A stretch of DNA of 63,501 bases, filler included, from Perkinsus olseni (GCA_013115125.1; 13 parts of 13 records of this genome joined end to end with filler, not necessarily neighbours in it); one strand, 5' to 3'. Positions 46,851 to 61,600 are shown, numbered from the whole stretch's first letter. Notes: generated by a model not told the origin, from the letters alone. Program-made: numbers and translations.

Positions 46851-49800
46851 TTACCTACGTGAGAGTCTCGGTGGAGATTCTTCGAGTAAGTAATGGCGTT
46901 TGCAGGTGCCGTATCGAAGGTTGAACCCGGGGTCGGATGTGCTGTTGAGGGAGCGAACTCCTTTGTATGGTGGACTGGATGCAAGTAATGGCGGGGAGAA
47001 TTTTGTGGCGCGCGGGAATTCTATGCTACTTTCTTAGCTGCAATGGTTGTGCTGCTATCATTCGCATTGGTTTTCTACACGATACACATCAAGCGAGTTG
47101 TGAGGGTAGGCCAATCGGGCTGCCCTGTGCTGGAACTGCTTTGCCCAGCAACAAGATGAAGATAATATCACTCCCAGCGACTTTTCTGTGCACGTCATGG
47201 GGCTGCCTAGGAGGCTAGGGACCACTCCGGAAGAGCATCATCAGTACGCTCATCGACTGAAGGAACATTTTGAACGGTAGGCTGAAGTGGGCGATTTTTG
47301 GTATGACAGTTTCTCAGTGAATCACCGCGTAGTTATACAGCGTTTTCGCGATTTGGTCGAGCTTTCTTTCGGAATTGTCATACCGGCAGTTTTAACCTCA
47401 AGCGATGCTACTGCACCGGAAGCAGTTTATAGGCAACATTTGGGAGGAGAGGTTGAGGGATTCTCCTGTACCTCTTATTTTAATACTGAACTGTCTCGCA
47501 AGAGCACTTCTTTTCGCCCGTTTTTCTCGATACGTTCGGTCGTCAACTTGAGCTACTGCGCCTCCGTCCGTCGCCTCTTGGTCATTAAAGCGCGATATCG
47601 TCGCTTAATCGACGCCTGAAGAGATAATGGGTAATGGACGATGATCGAGCGAGCGTCAATATATCACCATTTCGGCAATGCTTACTTGTGATCTCGAATC
47701 ACTAGGCCACATTTTCTCGCCTCAGGCTGATTGGAGATATGCCCGCCGAAGAGGGGGAGAGAGATCCGGATCAACCCATCGTCTGTGAAGTGGCTTTGGC
47801 ACGCGACTATGATGGAGCGGTTCGCAACTTCCTGGGACAGGTAGAATCTTCAAATTTCCCAGCGTCTTGCGGTTAGTGGAAGTGTAGGGTCGCGTGCGTC
47901 TTGAGGAGTGAACTCTACTGCACCATCGACGGCTGCGTTCTCGGTATTCCGTAGTCAGAGAATATCAAGAGAGAGTCATCAGCTGTAACAGGATGACGCG
48001 GTCTAATCGTTCATTTAGCTGCTAACAACACCTTTATGTATGATACTCGCGTATGATACTTCAACTGACAGTCTATCTCGACAGAACTTCGTTCATGTTT
48101 GTGTGCGAGTATGAAAACCAACGCCAACCATACGGCTTAGTTAGATAATCTAACTAAGATTGGCACTGATGTACTTTCTCGTGGGAGATCCGTTTGGCAT
48201 GTTGAATAGGTTGAAGTTGAATTGCTCTCATAACCCAGGATTATTTGACTTGCTGCAGTATTCTTGATCTTTTCAGGGTAAACTGTATGTTCGAAAGCAC
48301 GAGATGGTGGCTCAGGTGACGGCGCTGTATGCGGAAGGGAAAACGGTAAGGCGTCCTCATGTGCGCATTTTTTCGGATCGTTCCCGACGCTCCCCGATTG
48401 ACGACGTCGGGGGTGAGGGTTGCGCAATCTCGTTGTGATCGACATAAAGTAACAGGAGTAGGTTCATCTTCGTCTTGTGAGTTCGTCGCGCAGCTTTCGA
48501 GTGGTGCTGTTGGTTGGCAGAAAAAAGCGCGAAAATTGGAGAAAAAAGTTGCGGCTATTGACGCTGAGCTGGCGAAACTTGGTGAGAACGTCAAGTCGCA
48601 GAAGGACAAGCTGGACTTGGATCGGGACGTGAGCTGCTGATCCCTGCGTTTGCGGCGAGGTGTTCTTGAACAGGTTTGCCAAGCGCATGTTATCTTTAAT
48701 GAAGAGGCCTACAAGAAGTTCATCCTGCATCGATACAGGTTTTCTGGCTCGTGGCTGTGGCGACTGGTAAGCTCACTCTGGGGGGAGGGCGAGGAGTGTC
48801 GAGGAGTGTGGTATTAGTGGAATACTATACCATTGAGAAGCCTATTTGGAGGATAAGGCCGTTGCCTATATGGAGGCCGAGGATATTATATTAGCGAGTT
48901 GAGAGAGCAAATTGATATCCTTGTTTAAGGCCTGCCGCTAAAATGACTTCTTTATCCTCCGATTGTATCCACCCCCATCCCGACCCTATCCGCCAATTTG
49001 CTGATGTCTCAACAACAACAACAACAACAACTCGCTAATGTGATGATATCATCCTCGACCCCCANNNNNNNNNNNNNNNNNNNNNNNNNNNNNNNNNNNN
49101 NNNNNNNNTTAATTAATTAANNNNNNNNNNNNNNNNNNNNNNNNNNNNNNNNNNNNNNNNNNNNGGATGTTACCCTATCGAAGACGGCTACATGCTCGGA
49201 GCAATTGGGGGTGGGGTTACTCAGACTTTTCGATGTTCCCTGCCTTGGTCGAGTGATTGACCGCATACATCCTTGGTTCTTGGTCACGGGCTGAAACTCC
49301 TGAACATCAGCTTCAGGGGATGTGTTGTGTAGGACCGCATCCCAGGGAAAGCCGATGTCATCATGGAGCCCGTTGATAAAGTGGTCAGTTATAGAATACC
49401 GCACGGTAAGAAAGCCTTTGTCACGGCTACAGCTGGGAACGAATGGCCGGACGTTTCAGTTCTCAGATGCCGGCAAGGAGCTGACCAAAGACTACTACGT
49501 TTGCGTCAAGTCCAATGGGACTTCCAAAGCCGTAGGAGGGGAATGTGAATGACTAGAATACACTCGTTATAGGTGTGTGTGAGTTTAAAGTCAAACGCCG
49601 ACAGTACGGCTTAGGTTAGCACCAATGTACCATCTGAGGGGGGGGGGGGCGCTAGTTCAGCCTGTTGAATAAGTTCTGTTCACCAGGCCGAAGAATGTTG
49701 CTCGTCATAAGTGGCCGTGGTAGGCTTTCACACGACCTCACACAATAATAAGATTTACGTAATGCCAGCGTCAAGCCGTCTACGACACAACAAAAACTTT

Positions 49801-51415
49801 CAATCCTGGCAGCTATTGCGAAATAAAGGGACAGCCTCTACTACTGAGGGGCAACGCTGTGCGGCGATCAGATATCGCGAACGGCAAAAATCATCTATAT
49901 CGGCGCCGCACGCCCTCGACATGAACGCACCTCCGAGGCATGCTTTGCTGCATTCGAGAGCGCCGAACGGGATCGGCTAATGCTCCACAATCCCGAGAGT
50001 TGGAAGGTCACCCATAAAGGGGCCAACTACCGGCACAAGTGAGGCGCTTGGAGTGCTGCACTTTGCAGATGCTGCTCCTGTGGTCTGTCGTGGTTCTCCT
50101 GTGTCAGTGGACTATCTGGTTACTGTACTGGGGTATACTACGGTCACTTCAACGATGACAACCCACTGTAGGCTAACGGGCCGAGGCTGCACAGAGGTTC
50201 CTATCTTTCTATGCACCCATTTCCTGCCTCAGCGGTCCGCATGTGGTCAGCCAGAAAGGTCACACCCCGCCTGTTGTGACCGACGCCGTCACTTCAGTTA
50301 CGATCCTCTCCCCCGGCCGACGCCCTCTGACGGCTGGATGAATAGTGCACTCCGGCTCGCAGTGACCATAGCCATCGGGGTAGGCCACTGGCCTAAGGCC
50401 AGTCGTATCTTTCGCCTCAGAAGAACATCTAACGTCAACTCACTCAAACGAGGGTTGTGGATTGTTGCGTTCGAGAATATTTCTGCTCACACTCAGGCGT
50501 TCTGTTGGCGGACACTGAAGTCCCGAGTCCGCGCCCGCACCCGGCCATCACGTAATTCAAAGGGAAGATAGAGCCCTGCCGTCGTTGATCTCACGGGTCG
50601 GGAGTATTGTGTTGCCAGAGTTGAGGATTAGGGTAGAGATTAGGCCGGATGGAGTGTCGATCATCGACAGACTTCAGTCCACCGGGTTCGGGGCTCGGCG
50701 CAATAGCTGCAACTATTCCAAAGCTTAGGATTCATCTCGGGACCCTCTGAATGTGTAGAAATCCACACGAGGATCGCTTCAGTATAGGCCCAATGAACTC
50801 TCTCAAGAGTCGTTAGCCTGCTCTGTGGACCATCTCTCCTCCCGCCTTATTGCTCTATCGCTTGAGGACGAGGAGATGGTGCCCTCCCTTGCTCCTCAAG
50901 CTTGTCTCTCCTGTAATGAGTATCGCTGCGTCCTAATGTTGTTGATATGCACGCCCATGCGTGCAGTAACATATTTCCTTCCATTGCTCCGCTTGTGAAA
51001 TGACGCATTGTCTTGACAGTCGGCAGGTGGTTCAAGATACATCTTCATCGCGCACCGTTCGCGTTCTACATCGTGCTGTCAGCGAAGAATGTGTGACTAT
51101 GTTCTGGTATCCTTCGAACGAGAGGGTTCGACCATTTCTCCAGGGTCATACGATGAAACTCGCATTAGCTAGACTGGTGGGTGATAGTTGCAAACAGGCA
51201 TTCTTGGCTTTCTTCCCGTCACTTGTTCAACTCGGTACTCTCATTAGTCCTTCAAAGTGACTAAGTCGGATAGTTGACCGCTAAGTGGCTTGAATGAAAC
51301 CAGAATGTATGGATGGGCTGTAAAAGCGCCATAAATGAATGACCATGAAGATGCCACAATAACTACGACTGCATATAGACGCCTACAAGCGCCTATGAAG
51401 CCTATCGGGGAGCTA

Positions 51416-53438
51416 TTATGTATGCTCATGACACCTCAGCCTGACGGGTAAGTCATTAGGGCATATCGTTAATGTAGATGAGAAGTTGAGTGCATCGTTT
51501 CCTTCCCCCAATTGAAAGTTATTGAAACCACGAAGTAAGAGTGCTACAATGCACAGAACCTCCCTCACTGCAAGGTACCGTCCAGGGCACTGTCTTGGGC
51601 CGAACCCAAACCCCAAAAACTCAGCACGCTGCTTCTCATCAATCGAGTCACCACTGGGTTCTAACCAACGCCCGGGCCTGACGAATGATACGCATCCTTG
51701 GCGCGCTCCAATTCGTAGGGGTCGTGAGCACAGCAGTTCTACGGTTAGGCAGAGGACCTACCTGAACTCATCACCATCGTTATATTCGTTTCTCAGCATC
51801 AGTGTTAGTGGGAATAAGACTCGAGTGCCCTTTCTGATTGGCTCCCCTGCCACTTTGCAGTCGGCAAGAGCTTTGACGATGGCTACTGGAGGCGAAGGGT
51901 TGAGCTGAGAAAAACCAAAGCGGGATAATTCGCAACTCGGTCCCTCGGCCAGAGTGCTACTCTGATCGTCTCCATAAGGCATGCCTCTATGAAAGGCATA
52001 CACTCTATTGAACTGGCCGACATTTCTTCAATCGATGTAGCTTCGGCTCTCGCCCTCTCCTGAATCTCTGGATACATACAGAAGTACTGGATGAGACGAA
52101 CGATAGCGCTAGCAGTAGTTTCTCCTCCTGCTCCGAAATACCTGACGTAGTTGCGCAGCCAGACACTTGATGAGAGAAAAAGGCCAACATGCTTGGGTGT
52201 GACACCCCATCAGGCCCGCCTACATGATAAGAGTGTGGGTGAGCTCAGTTTCGTCAAACTGAGCTCTAGCGCTATGCGGGAGGCCCTCGGGCATGGCACG
52301 ACGCCTTGGCAGCTCTTGCTGACTAAGACGGATGTTCTCGAGGAGTATCGAATTGATGTTCCTCCAATTCTGCGTGAACTAACATACAACCGCTGGGATC
52401 AACCTTGGGCCAAGGTCCTTGGCAAGGAAGCATCCGCCTTACCTTCCTCACCCCTGGGAATATCAGTCGGTACAACAAGCGATCGTGATAAAAAACACGA
52501 GTAGGTTTCAAGCTTATTTCGAACAAGTCCATGATGAATCTTCTGACCTCATCCTGCACGTCATCAGAAAAAAGAACATCTGCCAAAGAACAGGATTGAT
52601 GCACATTGCCGGGTGCTCTCACATTTTGAGTTAACAGGGTCTGTTTCCCCCATGTAAACGGCAGACGCTATCCTCATGCCGAGCCTCTGTGCATCACCCA
52701 ATGGTCTCCATGTAACTAACCCTCGCCTGCCAGCCGACTCTTTCAGCCTGTCAACCTGTAGGGCGCATCTTATCTCCTTCTATGTGACAAAAGTGGTATG
52801 CTCACCAAATCCTCGCCCAGATTGATGATCATAGGGACGAGTGTATCTAGATTGGCCTCAGTCAGAGGGCGTGATGCTACTCTTCGGTGCTTCTTCCACA
52901 TAGCCCCCTCAGTCATCGCCATGTTCACAGAATCCATGAAATTCTCAAAGTCGATTTTGCTGAACTCGTTCGGTCTCCTTCTCATAACGTCCTTGTACGT
53001 CGCTATGTCGGACACAACCAGCGTCTGGCCAAAGGGTGTCCTGAGGGATCGTCGGGCTCAGGAAGTACAGATTATGTAATAGAGGTAGCCTCACTTCAAG
53101 CAGCAGATTTTACCGAACTTCTGCGGGAGTGCCAGAATCTCTTTAAACTGATCTTCAAGCGACATACAGGCGAGTCGAACGACGAAACTCATCTGAAACC
53201 ACCAAGAGCAAATTGCTGTTAGGAGTCCCAGCCTTTGTCTCGCCAGTGCACTCGAGATGCATCAGGGCCATTATGGAATTGCTACCCCTGGTCCGGGAAA
53301 CGCCGACTTGAACATCCTCCTGATGGCCTTGAATAGCTGAACACCGATCGCTCCAACCGCAGCAGCAAGGATTACTGATGAGGGACTGAGGCTCACGGAT
53401 CCTTGCGGGGCTTGCAGGAATCTCCAGGGTCCTGCCAT
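51416..53438 (-). CDS. Cytochrome P450, multi-exon
   Basis: N-terminal anchor VILAAAVGAIGVQLF and FPGP; C-helix WKKHRR; I-helix FGAGGETTAS; K-helix ETIR; FRPGRW; heme motif FGFGPRQCPG; stop at 51418-51416. Confidence 0.92.
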
Positions 53439-53990
53439 CTATGAAACTCCAGCCTCTGTCAGACGAATGTGGCTATGGGAACACTGTGTTACGGCTGTAA
53501 GTTGGAGTTGATGGAAACTGGCTTCGTTGCTCCTGTATATTGCCCCGCGGCACCTATATATGTCCAACTGCTGTTGTAGTCACCCACTTCACTGAACCCA
53601 ACCACGCTGCTCAAGTAGTTAATACCCTTCGGATAACTTGTGTATGAGGTACTGCCGCTCGACGGGAGGAGTAGCGTCGAAATAAGAGAAGGAGTCTCTC
53701 TCAAAAACAAGTCTTATGGCAAACTACCTACAATGAGCCAATAATGAAACACCCACTCGAACAATCATCACGACTCTCAGATCACCATAAACTCGTCTCA
53801 AATAATAGTAATACTAAGGGTCCCGCCTGAAAATAGTGAATCCTGAAAATGGTGAAGGGCGAGAAAATCCGTATTTGTGGGTTTTTGACCNNNNNNNNNN
53901 NNNNNNNNNNNNNNNNNNNNNNNNNNNNNNNNNNTTAATTAATTAANNNNNNNNNNNNNNNNNNNNNNNNNNNNNNNNNNNNNNNNNNNN

Positions 53991-54501
53991 ATCCCGAGAT
54001 TCCATCATATGAGTCATATATAAGCATAAATGTCATTTGCATATCAAACTGGCACACACAGTACACAAGCATCCCCCATACACGGTTACTACGTTAGGGT
54101 ATTGCATTCCATCTAGCATACCAAATCTAATGGGCGGTTCGTGCATGGCGAGCTTCTCAACAGCATTCTCGAAGAACGGTTTGAACTGATCACACAATGG
54201 AGCATCAGCCCGGCAGCATGTTGATGTTATGATCAACTTACACTTTGGCAGTAGGGGCAGTTGGGGGCATAGAACATAACCATTGATACTCCACTTTTTG
54301 GTATGTCATCATCGAGCTCTGACTCGCTTAGCTGCCTTATGGTCTGACGCGGAATGCAGATGAACACACGCCGAATCCGCCTATGGTGTAACTTACTCCT
54401 TTCCCACCGGTAGAATCTCCCCAGAGGGACCAAGCCCTAACACTGTGCTCTCCACCCAGCAGCAGATATAAGAAAAACAATATGGGCGAGGAAGGTATCA
54501 T
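53991..54501 (-). CDS. Secreted/ER thioredoxin-domain (PDI-like) protein, 5' part
   Basis: Signal peptide MIPSSPILFFLYLLLGGEHSVRA; exons IRQLSESELDD..MVMFYAPNCPYCQ / FKPFFENAVEKL..IRFGMLDG; runs off the contig end. Confidence 0.8.
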
Positions 54502-54729
54502 TGATTTGTTGGGAGGAATCAAACCTGGGCCAAGGTGCTACGAACGTTGCTGATGCACCAGTCCATAGTCCCCGAGTAAAACAACTATAACGGGTGTGCC
54601 AGGGAAATGGTGGAATACTACAGAGGTAGTTAAAAATGTACACTAATTACAAGCAACGATGAGACTACTAGCGTATTCAACCTGACCGTCCAAAAACTGA
54701 TGAATGCGCCGCTTTATGATCATGAGCCC

Positions 54730-57700
54730 TCATCCTAACACTCCCCAGACCAATCTAGTAGGACGGGGGACGGGGATTGCCAACGTATGGGTGATGTTGA
54801 CGACTAGGGGGATAATCAATATTGTTGATATCGATTGGTGGCGCTGCTGCTGGTGATCTGTTATGCTGAGTAGCAGGTCGAGAAGGAACTCCAGGACTGT
54901 GGTACTCTGAGGTAGCACCTTGGCGACTCCAAGGAGTGGTACTTTGCCAAGTCGAGTGGGCCTGTGTATGGAGCCAATGTTTAAATTGCTAGTGCGCTGG
55001 TCTGGTCTGGTCATTGATATTTTACTTACCGCATAAGGAGGTCTGTCCAGCCCGAAGAATGCGTTCATACTCTCTTCAACATCTATAACAGAGTTCTTAT
55101 GGAGGCGAGAGAGTTCCGCAGCAAGCTCAGCAAACGATGGCCTGAAGAAGGTGAGTACGGTTATAGTGACTGCTCCCATTTATCCTCACCTAATTGCGGG
55201 AACATAGCGTAAGCTCCGCATCATGATATTCCTCAGAGGCATGGGACAATCGTCCATCGGCAGTAATGGTCTCGAGGGCCCATGATGATGAACTCTATGC
55301 CCATATCCAACGATACCTATCATGAACATCATTATTACAATCTCATGCAGGAATTATACTACTACCTATAACCTGTAGTGCTGATAGGTGGGCATAGGGT
55401 ATCATACGATAGACCATCTCCCATAGTATCATACCAAAACTATATACATCCGCAGATTGGGAATATTCCTCGCCTCGGAGTATCTACAAGAGTATTATTA
55501 TCAATAAGTGAGAAAATAATGGTGACGGGCACACCTAGTACTACTACTACTACCTCCGGAGCCATCCAGTGATGAGTACCCACACATCCGAGTGGTAACT
55601 TGGCATCCCTGTTGGATTCACCCGTCATGAACGACAAACCAAAATCACAAATCTTTACTTCCCAATTCTCGGAGATAAGCACATTGCTACTCTTAAGGTC
55701 GCAGTGCAGAACCTATGATAGTGATGATACGATGCTTCACGAGTCGTGAATCACGACCACGAGCTATGGGTAATACTATACTACCCCATGAGTATGTAGA
55801 TAGGACATGCCCAGACAGATCTCCCTGGCTATGCTCACCACTCTAGGTAGAGACCATCCACCGATCTCATGACCTGTAAATGACCTACGTATGATTGAAG
55901 GATGCCGATATTACTTGCACTCACCCTTCTTATGGCCGGGATGACTGCGATGCAATAGGTCGAATAGGGAACCACAGGGTACGTACTCAGTCAATAGACT
56001 ATAACGTGGAGTTAGGGATACTGACATTGGAGGAGCATGTTGGCTTATTATCATGCCAAGGTATGCATACTTCCAAGTAGCAGTGTTATATTAGGATGCC
56101 TTAGTCTAGCCAGCGTGTTGAGTTCACTCCAGAAATCCTTAGATATATGCTGTTGTTGTTGGTCAACAGCACCATGGTCATTCTGGCGACCCCCACCACC
56201 ACCCCGGAATACCTGACAGCTCATTCAACAGCAGAAGAGCACGGTGCATCATTCTGGGCTGTGATAACTATCCTACCTTACATGCCACATGCTTATGCAT
56301 ATATCTTGCTCTGTATACTCTACCATACCCTCCCTCACCTATGAGGCATTGGAAATCTATATCATTATAATCAACCTGCACATACAAAGTGATAGTACAT
56401 GAGTATAGCCTTCACTTCTCTGTACTACCTCTAATGCTGAGAACCATTGATGGAGATGTTGACTGGTCACAGTTGGCATCAAGGCCCTTTGCTTCAGTTT
56501 GCTCAGCATACGTATCACGATCAACAGGATACGCCGTAACGTCGGGTCAGTCAACCCTAGTTCCTAACATGACGACGGATGGCTTGCACATAAGGTGGAG
56601 TTGCCACAAGTATTACATCAGCAGCACTAGAAGCAGTATAGACTGCATCATCAATATCGTCGCCAGTGATGTGGTGTAGGGAGGCATCATGATCATCACG
56701 ATGGTAGGCCTGGCTACTATTACCACCATTATGTGCCCCCTTCGCCGCCGCCCATGATGCTTCATGATGACTATGATGATTGCTACTTTGACTACTGGGC
56801 AGTGAATGGGGCGAAGCATGACGATGAACGATATCCGCTGAAAAGAAGCAGATATTACTGAGTCGAAGGTGGTGGTGGTGGTGGTGGGAGTAGGAGAGTG
56901 CTTACATGTATCACCGGCTGCATTGGACGGCGTTGCTAACATCTCGTCATCTTCAACATCATCTAGATTACCCACCAACCGTTCAAACACGAATCCATCA
57001 ACATCATTCTTCTCAAATGCATCACGTACTTGTCCCAATCCCAGTCCAGTGAGCAACTACAATCAAAAACAGCAGTAGAACAGAAAGAGATGCCCACGTA
57101 ACGCCAGGCTTCTACCGAGATACTGATAATACCGAGGTACTGAGATACCTTACTTCATAATACTCACGGCTTTCAATAAAACCGAATTTGGGTTAGATGA
57201 AGCCAGCAATAATTTCTGAGCAGCTATTGGAAATTCTTGGTCACCGTCTATGCTCAGGTGATCACCACAAGCGCATTCATTTCCAACACGTTCCAACCCC
57301 CGTGAGGATCCCGTGTCGCCCTGATCTGTCAAACGACCACAATGATTCGCTCGGTGCCTCTGTTAGAACTTGTTTCGCCCAGTTCACAAATATTACCACT
57401 CCGACGTCCGATACTGTCCACTCGTCCATGCAAGCCGCATTGCTTTTGGTCTCCCATCCTTCGGGTTGGGCTACCGTGACTGGTAATAGGTCTCGCTTGC
57501 CCCGCTCGGAATCCTCCGCAGGGTTGGGGGAACGATCCTCACTCAAAAACTCCGAAAGGGGTTCCTAACACCAGGGCTAACTCATTAGGCATGGCGAAGA
57601 CAGTAGAATACCTGATGTATTATTATGGGGTTCCTGTCATGGTGCTCCTCGGCATTGGCGAGGGTATCTGTAGACAACGCCGCTACGAACAGTAGTGAGC

Positions 57701-58684
57701 AGTAGCCGGCACCCTACCAGTAGGTTCAAGTAATGCATCTCCTTCTTGTTGGGGTTGAGTATTATCAATGGAGTATATCTCCTCAAATACAGGTGCCTTA
57801 CTGATGAGTATACCCCTATCCCAAACCTCTGCGTTGATCAGACCATTACCTATACTACCAACATCAAGAGACATCATCATCATCATTCAAGTGTTCTGTA
57901 TTATTACGATGCATAGCCAAACCTCTACCATGCTTAACATCATCGACAAATTGTCCAACATATCTAGTACCATTACGATGGACCTACCCATGGGACGTTT
58001 GTAGTAAGTAGCTCAGTGGTGGTGTTGGTAGTATTATTACTAGACATCCTAGTCCATGCTTCATATTATAACTCCATGTACCCTCATACTTCTCACCACC
58101 ATGTCTAAGGTATATACCCCAACCAGACTTGATATTACGAAACCAGTTACCAGAGTATACATCACCATTAGCATAAAAATATGTACCCCATCCGTGTCTA
58201 GTATTACCTTCACGAGATCCATCATAGTGTTCACCCGTTGAATACGTGTAACTAATAATGATAATAATAACGTAATACCCATCATCATCAACAATTGTTA
58301 TCCCGCTGTGTATTACCTATGATAGCTAGCACAACTGATAGGCTCATCAAGGGTCTCGGTAATGTCATAGTTCGCACTAAGGCCGTATACAGAGCTATGG
58401 TGTCTGAATAGGTACACATGATGCTATCCAAGTAGGAGAGTGTATCATACGTTGAAGGTGGTGTCCGATCAACACATGCACAGCATCCTTTGAAGGCGGC
58501 CTCCACAATTCCTCGATGACCGTCCTCTACATCAATGCATCCACCGCTCATGCGCCGCCAACCTCCACAGTCTACTCTACGTCCCTTTAACAAATCATCC
58601 ACTTAGCGCGCGCCCGACTGATCTATACCACCACCTGTTGTAGTTCCATGGAGACCCTGTGTTGTTTGATGAACCCGAAGCCAT
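54730..58684 (-). CDS. TKL-group protein kinase with SAM domain and a hydrophobic N-terminal region; 5' extent uncertain
   Basis: IGEGGYGRVYRA, VACK, HCDLKSSNVL, KICDFGLS, VGTHHWMAPE and RPSF. SAM-like EWTVSDV..LTGLGLGQVRDAFEKNDVDG at ~57420-56990. Exons above ~57900 may belong to this gene or to a separate one. Confidence 0.85.
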
Positions 58685-61600
58685 GGTGAGTGAATGATAA
58701 CAGATTNNNNNNNNNNNNNNNNNNNNNNNNNNNNNNNNNNNNNNNNNNNNTTAATTAATTAANNNNNNNNNNNNNNNNNNNNNNNNNNNNNNNNNNNNNN
58801 NNNNNNAGTTACCGATGGTTATATCGGCAGAGCCGGTGAACTTTACCGCCGGGTTGATTCCTGTACGCGACCTCGCACCGAGTGCGTCATCGGGATGTGC
58901 AACTGCTGCGCACATCAGGAAGTAGCTGCTCGCAAATCAAGAGCTTGGGTTGGCTAGGCGTTGGCTCGGCCTTTGATCAAACGCGGTTCAATACAACTCA
59001 GAACGCAACTCGAGATTTAACCTTGCAACACCCCGAATCTACTCCAGTAGCCGACTCTTTCTCTCATGCAACCGACGCGGTGGAACGGAGTCTCCTGAGG
59101 AGCTCTTCAATCTCATGTTTGAGGTCGGAATCGGAGCATCCTTCTGCCATAGATCCTAGTCGGGGGATGACACCTGACCAGGGCGAATCCGCGATCCTAA
59201 TGATCTTGCACTGACTGCACCCGCAGAGGAGCGCACTCAGGCGGCTAAAGAAAAAACCATGGCACCTTCGCGGAGAGCTTGCTCGGCAACTTCTGAGTTT
59301 ATAGTTTCGGGTTCATCTCCCTCGAGAAGATCACTCAAAGCGTACACTGTTTCGAGCTCAGCATCTGCGGGAGAATGAACACTCCCGCCAGAAGTCCAAG
59401 TCACAGGACCAACCGAAGTTCGAAGTATCTCTCTTGTTCGGTGCGATCTCGAGGTGTTGTGTAAGAGCTGTGAGGCCTCCGCGATCTACGAACTCCGACC
59501 GGATCCTGACAAGCAAACCCAGAACAACAGGCGGGGACTCCCTGCATTGATGCGAGAGAGATAGATCACCTAGAACTGAGTTTAAATATGTTAGCAGCAG
59601 TGGTCAGAGCTGTGGTCCGCAGGCCCGGGATGGGCGAGGTTAGGAGTGGTACCAAAAAGGCTAGGAGGTGGTCCTGGCAGCACGAACCGGCAATAGGGGC
59701 AACGCGATCATCGGAGTGAAGAAAGTTCAACAGCACTCGGACGGATTGATTACTTTGTGCATTTGTCGACAGTTTTCCTCTGAGTCCACGCTGAGGAAAC
59801 TGAGGGCCACAAGGGCGCAGTGAACTCTGTCTGTAGGCTCATCAACGTGCCTTAGGCAATAAACGATCGGTGGAATAGGGAAGTGTAGCTGAATTTCGGA
59901 TTGGAAGAGTTCTGCTAGCTACTCTTGTCCTCGGCTGCAGCTCGTGCAAGATGGAATGCAGATCTCTTCTCTCCCGGTGCTACCTCAAGATGGATGTGAG
60001 TTCAGAGATCCCCCCGGCGTCTCGGACCTCGTCACGGAGCCTCTTAGCATCCTGCTCTGACTCTGCGTGCGCTATGATAACAGCGAGTCGGGAAGCTGAG
60101 TAGATTATCCAGCATTAGATAGGCTACACCGTGTACGACGTGACTTTCTAGCCAGGCTGCCTGCTCAGTGGGCAGCATCACTAGAATGGGAAGCAGGACT
60201 CCAGATCAAAACCACACGTTTCTCCGCCCTGCAGTTTTCGCTCCCTTTCGTAGAGCCACAGCGGACGTGAAGAATACGAGCGACATCACATTTCATGAGC
60301 CCATTACCCACCAGCGAGGCTGCCTATACTCTGTGGACTCTCGGCCCAGGAATGGGGATCAGCATCATCAGCCACTGTGTATGCGGCATTAGACTTCAGT
60401 AACGTTACAAGACCAGGGACGTCCTCCTTTGCCGCAGCCTCGTTGTACCTTCAGAGCGGATGGCTATCAAGCTGGACGGAGATCAGCGTATTCCGAAACG
60501 ATGTAGACCACTGATCGGCACGTTACCTTTGTTCATCTGACTCGAGCCTCGGACCTCGAGGACCTCTACGTAGCGATCGGCCTAATACATCCCGTTCCAA
60601 ACAGCAGAGGTACCGTTGCTGGAAGTTGCCCATGGCCCTCGTCCTGTAGGGATTCAAATCCACTTAAAGGGACGTGTATGGCCTCTGAAAAGCTTCACTC
60701 CCCCCTCATGTATCGGCATGTTATGATGAACTCAACCAGCATGTATCATCCCAACCATAAGCGTCGGCCTTCGCACTGTGAACTTAACGTATGGCGGAAG
60801 TTCAACTGTGAGCGCTGCGGCAGCTTTGCAACGCGGAGCTGAGGCAAGTACATGCACAGATCCACATATCCACAGAGGGATTTTACAAGGCAATATGACA
60901 TCACGCGCATAGACATATTAGGCACGAACGATGGTTCTGCCAATTAAACCAGCCAGGGAGGCTGATACAACAAATACAAATGATAAACAAATGTTTCGCG
61001 ATGGGGGAGGTTATATGTGGCGGTGCACGTCGTGCACTGCACGACGGATTCTAGTTTTCATTAGGCTGAAAGGGAGGTCTAGGGAGCCAAGTTTGAGCGA
61101 AAAAGGTTGGAGACTGGCAGTCCCGGCGGGCAGAGGACGAGTGCTTGACACGGCCTCCCGATCAGCAGGTCAGACTCTGTTAGAACTGAGGAAGGCTGTG
61201 TTCGATGAATACTGTGCATCGATCTCATCGGTGTTCTGACGGCAGGTTGAGTTGCCACCAGTTATACCGGGGTTTGAGCCTGCTGGCGCTACAACTCGGA
61301 CCACTCGGGAGACATGTGCAGCGCAAGTTGTGCTGCTTCTGCACCCTTATGAGGGTTCGAATAGGTACCGAGATTAGGGAACCAGACGTACACTGCAGCA
61401 AGGTTGGACCTGAGAATACGAGGACTACGAGTCTCACTATGAGGAACTGACCTTGTGCTCGCGTACGAAGCAGGCGGGCACGGAACACATCCACGTACGC
61501 ATGCGCAGCGCTGTGAGCGCGTAGGACGGAGACTCTCAGTGAGCGATACCTCTTATTTTCGGGTTACTTTCTTGAGTTTTGTTGTGGGGATATGAAACAG

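Noticed and set aside
44315-49064. Scattered exon-like pieces (Pro/Gln-rich at ~45550, coiled coil at ~48500)
   Set aside because: No consistent spliced model or recognisable domain could be built by eye.
52151-52200. Apparent non-canonical P450 I-helix SGCATTS
   Set aside because: That segment is intronic; the spliced frame gives the canonical AGGETT.
4875-58806. Regularly spaced TTAATTAATTAA palindromes about every 4.9 kb
   Set aside because: Each is embedded in N44 runs and gives stops in all six frames, and the contigs are length-sorted. This is an artificial concatenation linker, so cross-contig gene neighbourhoods are meaningless.
58807-61500. Possible decayed LINE ORF1 (minus strand, 58807-59560) and other gene relics
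   Set aside because: The frames are riddled with stops and show no diagnostic motif, so a call cannot be supported without a search.
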